In this document: one piece after another, positions 63,285 through 64,000 of the stretch
Layout of the letters: each line of letters begins with the position of its first letter
Numbering within the stretch: the stretch's first letter is position 1
Assembly (NCBI GenBank): GCA_963786935.1
Contig: CAWBAN010000003.1
Coordinates: 224,001-288,000 of the forward strand
Direction: 5' to 3'
Source of the DNA: an uncultured bacterium
GTDB lineage: Bacteria > Krumholzibacteriota > Krumholzibacteriia > Krumholzibacteriales > Krumholzibacteriaceae
DNA length: 64,000 nucleotides
Program-made: the position numbers and the translations under genes
Notes under the pieces: model-generated
Told to the model about the DNA's origin: nothing
Seen by the model: only the letters and a program-made list of their open reading frames with translations
The model's database searches: none

Positions 63285-63456
63285 TGTTTTTCCCTTGTAT
63301 CAGGATTCCCCGCGCTTGCATCGCGCAATTTCAATATACCGAATCGCGCGGAACGGAGTCAAGCCGCTGAAACCGGCGCGCGCTCGTGCCCGCGGCCCGC
63401 AAGCCCCTGAGGGGATACCCGTTGCGGTCGCCCCCGGCCGAATGTATAGTGCGTGT

Positions 63457-64000
63457 GTGAAGAAGAGACGGGTGCTTCTCATCGGGCCTCTGCCGCGGCT
63501 TATCGGGGGGGATTCCGTCGCGACGCTGAACCTCGCACGGAGCAGATACTGGAATGATGCCGGTATCGAGCTCATCGTCGTCAATACGGGCGTGCGGGAC
63601 AGGATCAGGACCGCGGAAGAGCGGCTGTCGTGGGGGGAGCTGTTCAGATTCGCGAGAATCATGATGCAGACGGTCCGGGCGCTTTCCCGCGCCGACGCCG
63701 TATTGCTCTGGTGCAACAGCCGTTTCCTCTGCACTGCGGGGCCGTTCATCGTTCTTGTATCGCTGGCGGCGAGGCGCCCCGTTATCGTAAAAATGTTCGG
63801 CACCGCCTTACCGCGGCACCTCGAAACTCTCCCGGGACCGTGGCGTATCCTCGTTTGTGCGGCGCTCGCAAAAGTCCGCTCCGTATTGCCCGAGACGCGG
63901 GCCCTCGCTGACGAGCTGATCGAGCGATGGCGGGTGCCCGCCTCGCGAGTGCTCCTCTTTCCGAACTTCGTGCCCGAGCGCGATATCGAACGGCGTTCCC
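63457..64000 (+). CDS. GT4-like glycosyltransferase, N-terminal part (runs off the right edge; not in the ORF track)
   Basis: Open frame VKKRRVLLIGPLPRLIGGDSV..ADAVLLW..VKMFG..LFPNFV; in-frame ATG also at 63442. Confidence 0.7.
   Translation, partial: MKKRRVLLIGPLPRLIGGDSVATLNLARSRYWNDAGIELIVVNTGVRDRIRTAEERLSWGELFRFARIMMQTVRALSRADAVLLWCNSRFLCTAGPFIVLVSLAARRPVIVKMFGTALPRHLETLPGPWRILVCAALAKVRSVLPETRALADELIERWRVPASRVLLFPNFVPERDIERRS

Overview
A 64-kb, GC-rich bacterial chromosomal window, probably from an uncultured anaerobe-like Gram-negative lineage (inferred from gene content, not proven). Left to right: (1) a frameshift-riddled, left-truncated NuoE/NuoF/GltD-NuoG operon resembling the Stn/NfnABC electron-bifurcating transhydrogenase, led by a receiver + two Lrp/AsnC-ligand-domain protein; (2) a TviB/WbpO-like UDP-sugar dehydrogenase whose 3' end recurs as two diverged fragments downstream, bracketing cargo genes (mtgA, a secreted protein, two outer-membrane barrels) and abutting a lower-GC NarL-regulator/kaiC/kaiB island; (3) HEAT + HD-GYP, AcsE-like pterin-binding protein + metF, an asparagine-synthase-like protein, a YtrA-type GntR, GT39/TPR, PAP2, and a probably sigma54-driven SPFH/zinc-ribbon operon; (4) methyltransferase, GT4, and a PaaK/CapK-family ligase fused to a PanD-like domain, followed by a stand-alone PanD; (5) S2P-CBS protease, S9 peptidase, Tat aldo/keto reductase, OPT transporter; (6) four tandem membrane Ser/Thr kinases; (7) a surface-polysaccharide modification cluster (SGNH x2, radical SAM, deacetylase, WecB/TagA, SDR, GT2, GT4). 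The strongest novelty candidate is the pair of PanD domains, which have lost complementary sets of active-site residues and may form an obligate heteromeric decarboxylase tethered to an adenylate-forming ligase. No rRNA, tRNA, CRISPR array, integrase or transposase was recognised. All calls come from motif reading by eye; no database searches were run.
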